Origin: Octopus sinensis
Lineage: Eukaryota
Assembly: GCF_006345805.1 (NCBI RefSeq)
Contig: NW_021832595.1
Coordinates: 1-64,000, forward strand
Direction: 5' to 3'
DNA: 64,000 bases
Below, one piece after another: positions 25,435 through 37,000 of the stretch; within the stretch, counting starts at the first letter, position 1; the number at the start of each line of letters is the position of its first letter. The notes under the pieces were generated by a model that had not been told where the DNA came from, did not search any database, and saw only the letters and a list, made by a program, of their open reading frames with translations. The position numbers were made by a program, and so were the translations under genes.

Positions 25435-27430
25435 CATCTGGTGGTCAATGAGGAAACTAGGGATAGATGAATGGCTGGTGAGGGCTGTGCAAGCCATGTA
25501 CAGAGATGCCGTAAGTAAGGTTAGAGTTGGCAGCATGTACACAGAAGAATTCAAGGTAGAGGTTGGGGTCCACCAGGGTTCAGTACTCAGCCCCCTCCTA
25601 TTTATCATAGTCCTCCAGGCAATTGTGGAGGAATTCAAGACAGGTTGCCCCTGGGAGCTCCTCTATGCTGACGACCTCGCTCTAATCGCTGAGTCACTAT
25701 CAGAACTGGAGGAGAAGTTCCAGGTGTGGAAGGAGGGTTTAGAATCGAGGGGCCTTAGAGTCAACCTAGCTAAAACCAAAGTACTAATAAGTAGAAAGTT
25801 AGAAAATCCACAAATATCCTCAGGAAGATGGCCCTGCTCGATCTGTGGAAAAGGTGTAGGTAGAAACTCTATAAGATGTACCCAGTGTAAGCTATGGACA
25901 CATAAGAGGTGCAGCAATGTCAAAGGTAGGCTAACTGGGAAGATAGTTTTTGTATGTGGCAGATGCTCTGGAGCATTGACCTCCGAAAATCTGCAGAAAA
26001 CAACTTCCGTCACTTTCCGGGGGGAAAAACTAGAAGTAGTTGATAGCTTCCGCTATCTAGGTGACCAAGTCAGTAGTGGGGGTGGGTGCGCTGAAAGTGT
26101 AACTGCTAGAATAAGAATAGCCTGGGCAAAGTTTAGGGAGCTCTTACCTCTGCTGGTGACTAAAGGCCTCTCGCTCAGAGTAAAAGGCAGACTGTATGAT
26201 GCATGTGTACGAACAGCTATGCTACATGGCAGTGAAACATGGGCCGTGACTGCTGAGGACATGCGTAAGCTTGTGAGGAACGAAGCCAGTATGCTCCGAT
26301 GGATGTGTAATGTCAGTGTACTTACTCGACAGAGCGTTAGTACCTTGAGAGAAATGTTGTACCTAAGAAGCATCAGTTGTTGTGTGCAAGAGAGACGATT
26401 GCGCTGGTATGGTCATGTGGCGAGAATGGATGAAGATAGGTGTGTGAGAAAGTGCCAATCCCTAGCAGTTGAGGGAACCCGTGGAAGAGGTAGACCCAGG
26501 AAAACCTGGGACGAGGTGGTGAAGCACGACCTTCGGACGTTAGGTCTCACCATGGAAATGACTAGAGACCGAGACCTATGGAAGTATGCTGTGCAAGACC
26601 CGGCAAGACTAGTGAAGCCATAACCCGTGGCCCCTACCTGGGACATAGTCAGTCCACCTGTGCATACCTTCCTTCTTGTGACACTTGTGAAGACCTGTTG
26701 AGGCAAGTGAGAATCGAATCGAATCAAATCAAATCAAATCGAACCAAATCAAAATAGATGAACATCAATGGAATTTGTATCCTTGTGGTACCAGTGCCGG
26801 TGGCACATAAGAAAACCATCCGAACGTGATCGTAGCCAGTACCGCAACGACTGGCCTCCGTGCTGAGGGCACATAACAAACACCATCCGAGCGTGGCCGT
26901 CCGCCAGCCCCGTCTGGCACCTGTGTCGGTGACACATAAGAAAACACCATCCGAGCGTGGCCGTCAGCCAGCCTCGTCTGGCACCTGTGCCGGTGGCACA
27001 TAAAAAACACCATCCGAGCGTGGCCGTCTGCCAGCCTCGTCTGGCACCTGTGTCGGTGGCACATAAAATCACCCACTACACTCTCGGAGTGGTTGGCGTT
27101 AGGAAGGGCATCCAGCTGTAGAAACACTGCCAGATCTGACTGGCCTGGTGCAGCCTTCGGGCTTGCCAGACCCCAGTTGAACCGTCCAACCCATGCTAGC
27201 ATGGAAAGCGGACGTTAAACGATGATGATGATGATGATGATATAATATGTAAAAAGCACCCACTACACTCTCGGAGTGGTTGGCGTTAGGAAGGGCATCC
27301 AGCCGTAGAAACACTGCCAGATTTGACTGGGCCTGATGAAGCCTTCTGGCTTCACAGACCCCAGTAGAACTGTCCAACCCATGCAAGCATGGAAAACGGA
27401 TGCTAAACGATGATGATGATGATGATGATG
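25435..27430 (+). mobile_element. 5'-truncated RTE LINE (RT/C-terminus intact) with a duplicated 3' tail
   Basis: Uninterrupted 391-aa ORF 25448..26623 (VHQGSVLSPLLF, LLYADDL, CxxC, RGRGRPRKTW), 3' UTR, (GAT)n at about 27221-27240, second tail 27248-27430. Confidence 0.93.
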
Positions 27431-28797
27431 AGTAAACTGGAGGAAGACAGACCTTCAAGTGATTGGAAGAAAACAAATAAAGATCTTATATAGGGGCAGG
27501 AAAATCATTTTAATCTTTAGGATCAATATGGATGTTAATCCAATCATAACAGTGGCATTTGTGGGCCTCACAGATCAGGAGGCAAAGCCCCCAGATCACA
27601 GGCTGTTGTTATCAAACTGAGTGTGAGTCGAGGGTGAATACACGACGGAATAGCAATAATTTCGTCTCAGCTTTCATTGATAATGCTAAACACGACATTT
27701 TTGACTTATGATATGGAGCATTTCCTTTTCTTTCACTCTTTTTAAAAAATGGCCCTCCATTAGTTATGATGATGAGGTTCCTGTTTATCTGATCAACGAA
27801 ACAGTCTGCTCATAAAATTAACGTGCAAGTGGCTGAATACTCCACAGACATGCATACCATAAGTTAGTTCTCAGGGAGATTCAGCCTCACACAGAATGTT
27901 ACAGGGATGGCCCCTTTGAATTACAGCGACAACTCACTTTTGCAAGCTGAGTACACTGCAGCAAAGTGAAGTAGAGTACCTTGCTCAAAAACACAGTGCA
28001 CCGCAGGGAATCATTCTCATGACTTTATGATCATGGGCCGAATGCACCTAAGCACCTTCACTCTCTTAACCGTAGAGAAAAGGATTGAAGTGAGAGAGAC
28101 AGAGAAAGGAAAGCCTCAGTCATTTAAAATGACAATTAGACTGGAATACGATCGATCTTTCCTTGCTTCTTTACTCTTAACAATGAAGAAGAGGGAAAGT
28201 CTTTCATTCTGGCAGTTCTAGAACAATCCACTGTTACTTCTCTCTTCTTTCCTCCCACCTCCAGTACTTATTCACCTCCTTTCATAGTTCTTCATGTCTT
28301 TTAGTTGGGGGGAAAGACCACGTTTTTATTTTCAGGCATGTTTAATGTTTTCTCCACAAACTACAATCAAGCCCCACTCTGTTCCTTTTCTTTTCATACA
28401 AAAACTAATCCAAATTTCGAACAGGGTACAGCTGTAAAAAGAGCCCAGAAAAATGAGTAATACCCCTTACAAAATGGGTGGGGGAGAAAAGTTGCGAACA
28501 GGTGGCTACATGAAGTTCAACTCTATTCCTTAAAGAGTGTCTTCTACGAAAGAGTGTCTACTGACCAAAGCCTCATGAGTGAATTTGGTAGATGGAAACT
28601 GAAAGAAGCCCATCATATATATATTAATGGGGAAAGCTTGGTCTGCAATGTTTGCAGTCGTGTACGCTTGTCAAGAGCATGCCTCGTCACTCACCAATAG
28701 AGCCACAAATGCAAAATATAAGTTAGTCCTAGAGCATACAATGTTACTGAAGGTCAGCAATGGTCTTCCTTGGTCACGAGTGGACGGCCATCATATA

Positions 28798-28829
<32 letters not shown>

Positions 28830-29094
28830 AAATACATATACAAAATACATATATATACATATATATATAGAAATATTAAAATTTCTAAGTCTCTCTAAAG
28901 GAGACTACGGCAGCGGTACTGGATATTAATAGTTATCGCCAAGCTAATATGGTAGTCCATAAATATAAGACTAAAGTTGCCATTGATTAGCTCCAAGAGG
29001 CCATCGCCTCTAGCTAGCTATATGACACACGAACCTGTGTCCATTATAACCTTCAAACAGAGGAGGTCAGCCGCTTCCCCTTGCTGGTCAGACA

Positions 29095-29137
29095 TCTGCA
29101 GACATGTTTCAGGGTATTTGCCCTTTATCAATGCAGA
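29095..29137 (-). ncRNA. Identical hammerhead ribozyme on the opposite strand
   Basis: Exact reverse complement of 29160-29202. Confidence 0.72.
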
Positions 29138-29159
29138 GTAGCCTGCTGGGTCTGGCTAC

Positions 29160-29202
29160 TCTGCATTGATAAAGGGCAAATACCCTGAAACATGTCTGCA
29201 GA
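29160..29202 (+). ncRNA. Minimal type-I hammerhead ribozyme (U3-A8 core variant)
   Basis: Stem I TCTGCA/TGCAGA, core TTGATAA, stem II AGGG-CAAATA-CCCT, GAAA, palindromic helix III ACATGT, cleavage triplet GTC ending at 29196. Confidence 0.72.
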
Positions 29203-30057
29203 TGTCTGACCAGCAAGGGGAAGCAGCTGACCTCCCCTGTTTGAAGGTTATAATGGACACAGGTTCGTGTGTCATATAGCTAGCTAGAGGCGATGGCCTC
29301 TTGGAGCTAATCAATGGCAGCTTTAGTCTTATATTTATGGACTACCATATTAGCTTGGCGATAACTATTAATATATATATATATTGGAAGGTTTGGAGAT
29401 GATGTACAGGTATTATATATTAGAAGAAATGAGGTACTCAGAAAATTGGATGGTTTATATTTACAGATATTTATTTGTATATTACATGTTTTATACATCA
29501 TATAACTTAGATCATGTAATAGTGCTTTCTCCCATTCTAGTGGGGTTTTCAAATCAAACTAAGTTCCTGTGTGAGGAGTTTTGACCATTTTATAGTGGTA
29601 TTGAGTTTGTAGTGGTGAGGAGGAATATAAGACAGTACAAGAGGGTGATGGATGAGGAGAAAGTGAGAGAGAGAACATGTGTGTATGTTAGTGTGTGTGT
29701 GTTTTTGTATTTGGGATGAGTGCTAAAGAAAAAGAGAGGAAGGGAGAGGGAAAAAGAAGAAAAGAATTTTTGGGGTCTGTTTTTGGGGAAAAAAGAATTT
29801 CAGTTTTGACCATTTCACAGTGTCACTGAGTGTGTGGTGGTGGGAAGGTAGACCATAAATTATATTTCTTTTTATCATTGTGAGAGAGTGTGTGTGTGTG
29901 TTTAATGAGGGATGGTCAAATGTTTTTTGGGGTTTAGAGAAGAAGAATTCTTTTTATGATTGCTTTGTGGAAGTGTGTGTGTGTGTGCGTGTGTGTTTGT
30001 GGGTGTCTGTGAGTTTGGAGAAGGGAAGAGAAAAAATTGTGTTGATATTTATACCAC

Positions 30058-30107
<50 letters not shown>

Positions 30108-30649
30108 CACCATCATCATCGTTTAACGTCCGTTCTCCATGCTAGCATGGGCTGGACGGTTTGACCGGGGATCTGGGAAGCCAGAAGGCTGCACCAGGCT
30201 CCGGTCTTATCTGACAATGTTTCTACAACTGGATGCCCTTCCTAACACCAACCACTCTGTAAGTGTAGTGGGTGCTTTTTACGTGCCACCTGCACTGGTG
30301 CTAGGTGAGGCTGGCATCGGCCACGGTCGGATTGGTGCATTTTACGTGCCACCTGCACGGAAGCCAGTTGAGGCGGCACTGGCTTCGGCCACGATTCGGA
30401 TGGTGCTTTTTACGTGCCACCGACACGGAAGCCAGTCGATGGCACGTAAAAAGCACCATCCGAATCGTGGCCGAAGCCAGAGGCTTATACATAAAAGATT
30501 AGAAAAAAACCACCTTTTATCAATTCAAAATGAACAATTAAATTACACCATCTAGAAAATTGCATATCAGAAAAGTTAAAATTAAAATTACAATTATAAA
30601 GTAAAGATTAAGTAAATTACAAAAATAATATAAAGTATATAACAGGTAA

Positions 30650-30985
30650 TATATATATACACACACACACATATATATATATACAAACACACACATATAT
30701 ATATACACACATATATATACACACACACATATATACACACACACACATATATATATACACACACACACATATATATATACACACACACCACACATATATA
30801 TACATACACACACACATATATATATATACACACACACACATATATATACACACACACACATATATATACACACACACACATATATATATACACACACACA
30901 CATATATACACACACACATATATACACACCACACACACATGTATATACACACACACACATATATATACACACACACATATATACA

Positions 30986-31056
<71 letters not shown>

Positions 31057-31062
31057 CACACA
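30650..31062. repeat. Compound (CA)n/(TA)n microsatellite
   Basis: Direct inspection; source of the C/V/Y-rich artefact ORFs. Confidence 0.95.
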
Positions 31063-31482
31063 CAATACTAAATGTTCCACTATATTAAATTGTAAATTGA
31101 AAGATTTGTCCTTCAATCTATGATGAGTAAAATTTCATAAAGTCCATATTTGAAAAAGAGAGACTCTCCTGTATTGAGGTTACAAATGACAGAATACAAA
31201 CGGACAACTACTGAGTCTGTTCTTCAGCTGATTAAGTCTAATATCTCACTGATTGACAGTTAAATAAATATTAAGTTTTATCATGCAGGAGCAACTGGTT
31301 CCACAAATTCAAGTGAAATGGTTTCATTCAAATATTAGGATAGTCTTTGTTCAATGTTGTATTTTCAAAATCCAAAACATGTGTAGAACTCTGTGTGTGT
31401 GTGTATGTGTGTGTGTGTGTTTAATACAGTTTACTTAGAAAGTTTGGTCCTTCATCTGGTACAGCTTATTATAGAGATATTT

Positions 31483-31803
31483 TCAGCCATTTAATTTAGG
31501 GAAGAACTTAGCTATGAAATATTTTTCCATATTCCTCCTGAAAGAGGTGTTGTTCTTCGGACATTTGTAGAAGGGAAACATCTTAAATTTTCCTTCTCCA
31601 CACGTAGCTAGGTGTGTACTTAGTAGTACCTTGCGTAGTTCTTCCTGCCGAACATGTTGTCGGTGAATCCTGGCTCGCTGGCACAAAGAATTACCAGTTT
31701 CACCTATGCAATCCTCCTTGCACGTGGGGCAGATTATGCAGTATATAACGTTCTGTGTCTTGCAGTTCATATCTGCATTTACTTTAAATACGTCAATCAG
31801 CAT
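31483..31803 (-). CDS. GIY-YIG endonuclease domain of Penelope-like type (orphan, no RT)
   Basis: NCKTQNVIYCIICPTCKEDCIGETGNSLCQRARIHRQH...STHL..C...F..FPF...RRNMEKYFIAKFFPKLN; the YIG motif reads CIG. Confidence 0.8.
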   Translation of the reverse strand: MLIDVFKVNADMNCKTQNVIYCIICPTCKEDCIGETGNSLCQRARIHRQHVRQEELRKVLLSTHLATCGEGKFKMFPFYKCPKNNTSFRRNMEKYFIAKFFPKLNG

Positions 31804-32330
31804 TTACTTTAACTGTCAATCAGTGAGATATTAGACTAAATCAATTGAAGATCAGACAACAGACTCAGTAGTTGTCAATTTGTATTCTATCATTTGTAAA
31901 TTCAACACAAGAAAGTCTCTTTTTCAAGTATGGACTGTATTAAACACACACACACACACACACACACAGTTCTACACATGCTTTGATTTTTGGAAAATAC
32001 AACATTGAACAACGGATATTCCAACATTTGAATGAAACCATTTCACTTTGATTAGTGGAACCAGTTGCTCCTGTAGGATAAAACTTAATATCTATTTAAT
32101 CAGTGAGATTTAATCAGGATAAAACTTAATATCTATTTAATCAGTTGAAGATCAGACAACAGACTCAGTAGTTGTCCGTTTGTATTCTGTCATTTGTAAC
32201 CTCAACACAGGAGAGTCTCTCTTTTTCAAATATGGACTTTATGAAATTTTACTCATCATAGATGGTGTAATTTAATTGTTCATTTTGAATCGATAAAAGG
32301 TGTTTTTTTTCTAATATTTTATGTATAAGC

Positions 32331-32364
<34 letters not shown>

Positions 32365-34023
32365 GTATAAATATCAACACAATTTTTCCCCTTCCTCCCT
32401 TTTTTCTCTCTTCCCTTCTCCAAACTCAGACACCCACACAGACACACCTCCACAAAACGATCATAAAAAGTGGAAAGAATTCTTAAACCCAAAAAAGCAT
32501 TTGACCATTAAACACACACACACACACACTCACAATGATAAAAGGAAATATAATTTATAGCCTGCTTCACCGCCACCACACACTCAGTGACACTGTGAAG
32601 TGGTCAAAGCTGAAACTCTTTCTTTTTTTCCCAAGACCTTAGAACCCCCTTGGAGTCAATATTCTGTCCAGCAGACCAAAAAAATTCTTTTCTTCTTCCC
32701 TCTCCTTTCCTCTCTTTTACTTTAGCACTCATGGCAGATACAAAAACACACACACACACATGTTCTCTCTCTCACTTTCTCCTCATCCATCACCCTCTTG
32801 TACTGTCTTATATTCCTCCCCACCACTACAAACTCAATACCACTATAAAATGGTCAAAACTCCTCACACAGGAACTTAGTTTGATTTGAAAACCCCACTA
32901 GAATGGGAGAAAGCACTAATACATGATCTAAGTTATATGATGTATAAAACATGTAATATACAAATAAATATCTGTAAATATAAACCATCCAATTTTCTGA
33001 GTACCTCATTTCTTCTAATATATAATACCTGTACATCATCTCCAAACCTTCCAATATATATATATATATGTGTGTGTGTGTGTATCATCATCATCATCAT
33101 CGTTTAACGTCCACTTTCCATGCTAGCATGGGTTGGACAATTTTGACTGAGGGCTGACGAACCAGATGGCTGCACCAGGCTCCAATCTTGATTTGGCAGA
33201 GTCTCTACAGCAGGATGCCCTTCCTAATGCCAACCACTACGAGAGTGTAGTGGGTGCTTTTTACGTGCCACCGGCACAGAAGCCAGTTGTCTGCTCTGGC
33301 AACGATCACGCTCGGATGGTGCTCTTGGCACCCTACCAGCACGAGGTTCAAGTGCCAGTAAGGCGACGCCGGTAATATATCACACTTGAATGGTTCCTTA
33401 TATATATATATATATGGACATATGTACATATGTATTTATATATATATGTCAGGTCACTTATGAGGTTCTCATAAGTGCTACTGGTAACATGGAATCCAGT
33501 AAAACATGTTGCATGGTTGGGCTGTCGGCAACTAAACTGGCACACCCACCAGAATATCCTGGTGAGGACGGTTGCTAGAAACCCAGCAACATTACAAACA
33601 AGACCTGCTGAAAAGTCGGATGAACCTAATGCAATAGACCACGTATGCAGAATTTCTGGGATGGTGTCTGGCGTGCTGACAAACCACTGGGAGTGAGGTG
33701 CCCCTCAGCTTCTATTGAAGCATGTCTCTAGAAGAAGGTCACTTTGATATGAAACCAGATATGCAGGGAACGGCATTGGACATTTTGAGGATATTTGGTT
33801 TGTGCTAGAGATCATTGCATTCCCACATCCCTAGCCTGTGGTGCATATTGGGATCAGACATATTGCTCCAGCTTGTCTCTGGATAATGTCAATAAAATGG
33901 AGAGGGTCTATGAGGTGTCGTGCAAGCCTTATTAGACCTACAGCTCTGGACAGGCATTGCTGACCTCTGTTCGATGTGTGCTGATTTTTTCCCCCAATAT
34001 CTATGTGTATATATATATATATA

Positions 34024-37000
34024 TCATCATCATCATCATCATCGTTTAACGTCCGCTTTCCGCGCTAGCACGGGTTGGACGGTTCGACCGGGTCTGGGAA
34101 GCCAGGGGCCGCTCCAGGCTCCAGTCTGAATCTGGCAGAGTTTCTACGGCTGGATGCCCTTCCTAACGCCAACCACTCCGTGAGTGGATTGGGTGCTTTT
34201 TACGTGCCACCTGCACAGGGGCCGGAGGGTCCGGCATCGTCACGATCGGTTCGAGCATTTTAACGTGTCAGCGGCACGGGGGCAACGAGGTCCGGGGTAC
34301 TTTGGGGATCGGGGTACTTTGGGGATCCAGGGTACTTTGGGGATCCGGGGTACTTAGAATGGGTAGGGGGTATGTGGAATTGCTGCAGAAAGCAGCCCGG
34401 GTCTTTGTAGTCACAGCATATCTCCAGAGATCTCGGTCCTTCGCCATTGCCTCAGTGAGGCCCAATGCTCTGAGGTCATGCTTGACCACCTCATCCCATG
34501 TCTTCCTGGGTCTACCTCTCCCCCTGATACCTTCAACTGTTTGGGAGTGGCACTTCTTCACACATCTCTCTTCATCCATCCGCAGCACATGACCATACCA
34601 TCGCAAGCGTCGCTCTTGCACACCACATCTGATGCTTCTTATATCCAGCATTTCTCTCAGGATACTTACACTCTGTTTTGCGTGCACACTGACACTACAC
34701 ATCCAGCGGATCATGCTAGCTTCATTTCTTTCAAGTCTACGCATGTCTTCTGCAGTCACAGCCCATGTTTCATTACCGTGAAGCATGGCAGTTCGCACAC
34801 ATGCATCATACAATCTACCTTTTGCTCTGAGGAAGAGACCTTTTGTTGCCAGTAGGGGTAGGAGCTTTCTGAACTTTGCCCAGGCTATTCGTATTCTAGT
34901 GGTGATACTCTCTGTGCATCCACCTCCGCTACTAACTTGGTCTCCCAGGTAGCGGAAACTATCAACTACTTCTAGTTTCTCTCCCTGGAGTGTGATGGAA
35001 TCTGTTTTCTGAGTGTCTGTTGTGTCTATTGTCCCTGTGCATCTGCCGCACATGAAAGCTATCTTATCTGTTAATTTCCCTTTAATGTTGCTGCACCTCT
35101 TATGTGTCCATAACTTACATTGGGTGCATCTTATGGAGTTTCTACTGTACCTTTCCTACAGGTTGAGCAGGGCCACCTACCCGAGGGGATGTGTGCTGAG
35201 TACCTCTTGCTGCTTACTAATACTTTGGTCTTTGCTACATTTATTCTAAGGCCCTTTGATTCCAACCCTTGCTTCCACACCCGAAATTTCTCTTCTAGTT
35301 CCGGTAGTGATTCTGCTATGAGAGCTAGGTCATCGGCATAGAGGAGCTCCCAGGGGCATCCCGTTTTGAATTCCTCTGTTATTGCCTGAAGGACTATGAT
35401 GAATAAAAGGGGACTGAGGGCTGAGCCCTGGTGCACACCTACTTCTACCCGGAATTCTTCACTATATTCGTTGCCAATCCTAACCTTGCTGACAGCCTCT
35501 CTGTATAGAGCCTGTACAGCCCTTATTAGCCATTCTTCAATCTCCAGTTTCCGCATCGACCACCAGATAAGGGAATGGGGAACCCTGTCAAAGGCTTTCT
35601 CCAAGTCTACAAAAGCTATGTAGAGGGGTTTATCTTTAGCTAGGTACTTCTCCTGCAGTTGTCGGACCAGGAATATAGCATCAGTGGTGCTTCTACCTGG
35701 TACAAAACCGAACTGCATTTCATCTAAACAAATTCTCTCCCTAATGAGATTGGTTATGACCTTCTCTGAGACCTTCATCACCTGGTCCAACAGTTTGATA
35801 CCTCTGTAGTTATTTCTATCTAGAGCATCACCCTTACCCTTGTAGCAGTTGACTATGGTGCTGCTGCACCAGTCATTGGGTATGACTCCATTGTGAACTA
35901 CCTGGTTTACAATGCGGGTGACTATGGCATAGCCCACATAGCCAGCTGTTTTAAGCATCTCAGCAGTGATTCCTGATAGGCCAGGGGCTTTGCCTGGTTT
36001 CATATCCTTAATTGCCTTATCTACAAGGGAGCTATCTATTCGGGTAGCTGGTCCCTCTACTGGGTCAACATTTGGCAGGCTCTCCTCCTCCCATTCATTC
36101 TCCTCATTCAGCAGTCTTTCATAATGGCTTCTCCAAGCCTCTTTCTTTTCACTAGTAGTAAAAGCAAGTGCCCCATCATCCATGCGGACACATTTCTCTC
36201 CTATAACATCGCTATTTTCTCTGACACACTGTCTGGCAATCCGAAATACTTCAGCTCTTTGATCCTCGCGACGCTGGACATTGGCAAACTTCTTCTTTTC
36301 TGCTACATCTTTGGCAATGTATACCAGCCGCCCAGCCTCCCTTTTGGCTATCCGGTACAGTTCCCTGCTGCCCCCATCCTTCCAGGCTTTCCAGGCCCGT
36401 CTCTTTTCACAGATGGCTTTATCTACTGCACTATTCCACCACCACGTAATTCTAGGTCTGGAAGGGACTTTGCACCATCCACAGACTTGGTCTGTGGCAC
36501 TCAACAAGCTGTCCCGTAGGAATTCCCAGCTACCTTCTATGTCTGACGTCTGAAGCTCCTCCTCCCTCTCATCAAATTTCTTGATGAGTATGTCCCTAAA
36601 TTTCTGACCATGCGAAGGGTTCTTTAGCCTCCAAATCCTTCTTTTCTGGATTGGTTTGTTTCTTGGAGTCCTTCTGGCCTCAAGCTTAAAGTCACTGATG
36701 ATTAGTCTATGCTGAGGGATACATTCTTCACCGGGAGGGTCTTTGTATTCAAGAGCAACCCTGCATCCCGTTGTCTGGTGAGGATGAAGTCTATTTGGCT
36801 AGCGGAGTCTCCTGACTGATAAGTTATAAGGTGGCAGACTGGCTTCTTGAAGTTAGTGTTGCAGATTGAAAGGTTACATGCATCACAGAATTCCAGCAGT
36901 CTAGTTCCCTCATCATTTCTGGTGCCAATACCATAGCCACCATGTACCCCAGTGAAGATACCCGATTCCCGCCCAACATGCCCATTAAAATCTCCACCTA

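Larger units (their letters stand above)
28923..29374. repeat. 452-bp near-perfect palindrome (221-bp arms, 10-nt loop), PLE pseudo-LTR-like
   Basis: 28923-29143 is the reverse complement of 29154-29374, with three transition differences seen by eye; loop tgctgggtct. Confidence 0.95.
29384..33054. mobile_element. 3.7-kb foldback structure (long inverted arms) around a GIY-YIG ORF
   Basis: 29384-30058 inverts to 32362-33054, 30482-30554 to about 32260-32332, and 31116-31430 to about 31915-32265; ends are TA-flanked ttggaagg...ccttccaa. Confidence 0.8.

Noticed and set aside
29190-29215. Alternative hammerhead fold cutting at the second GTC (29206)
   Set aside because: It gives only a 2-bp proximal stem I, whereas the 29196 site gives a 6-bp stem I and the standard palindromic helix III.
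30538-31116. Cys/Val/Tyr-rich ORFs (metallothionein- or keratin-like)
   Set aside because: They are translations of a (CA)/(TA) microsatellite; the same applies to 13142-13599, 48842-49093 and 57500-58017.
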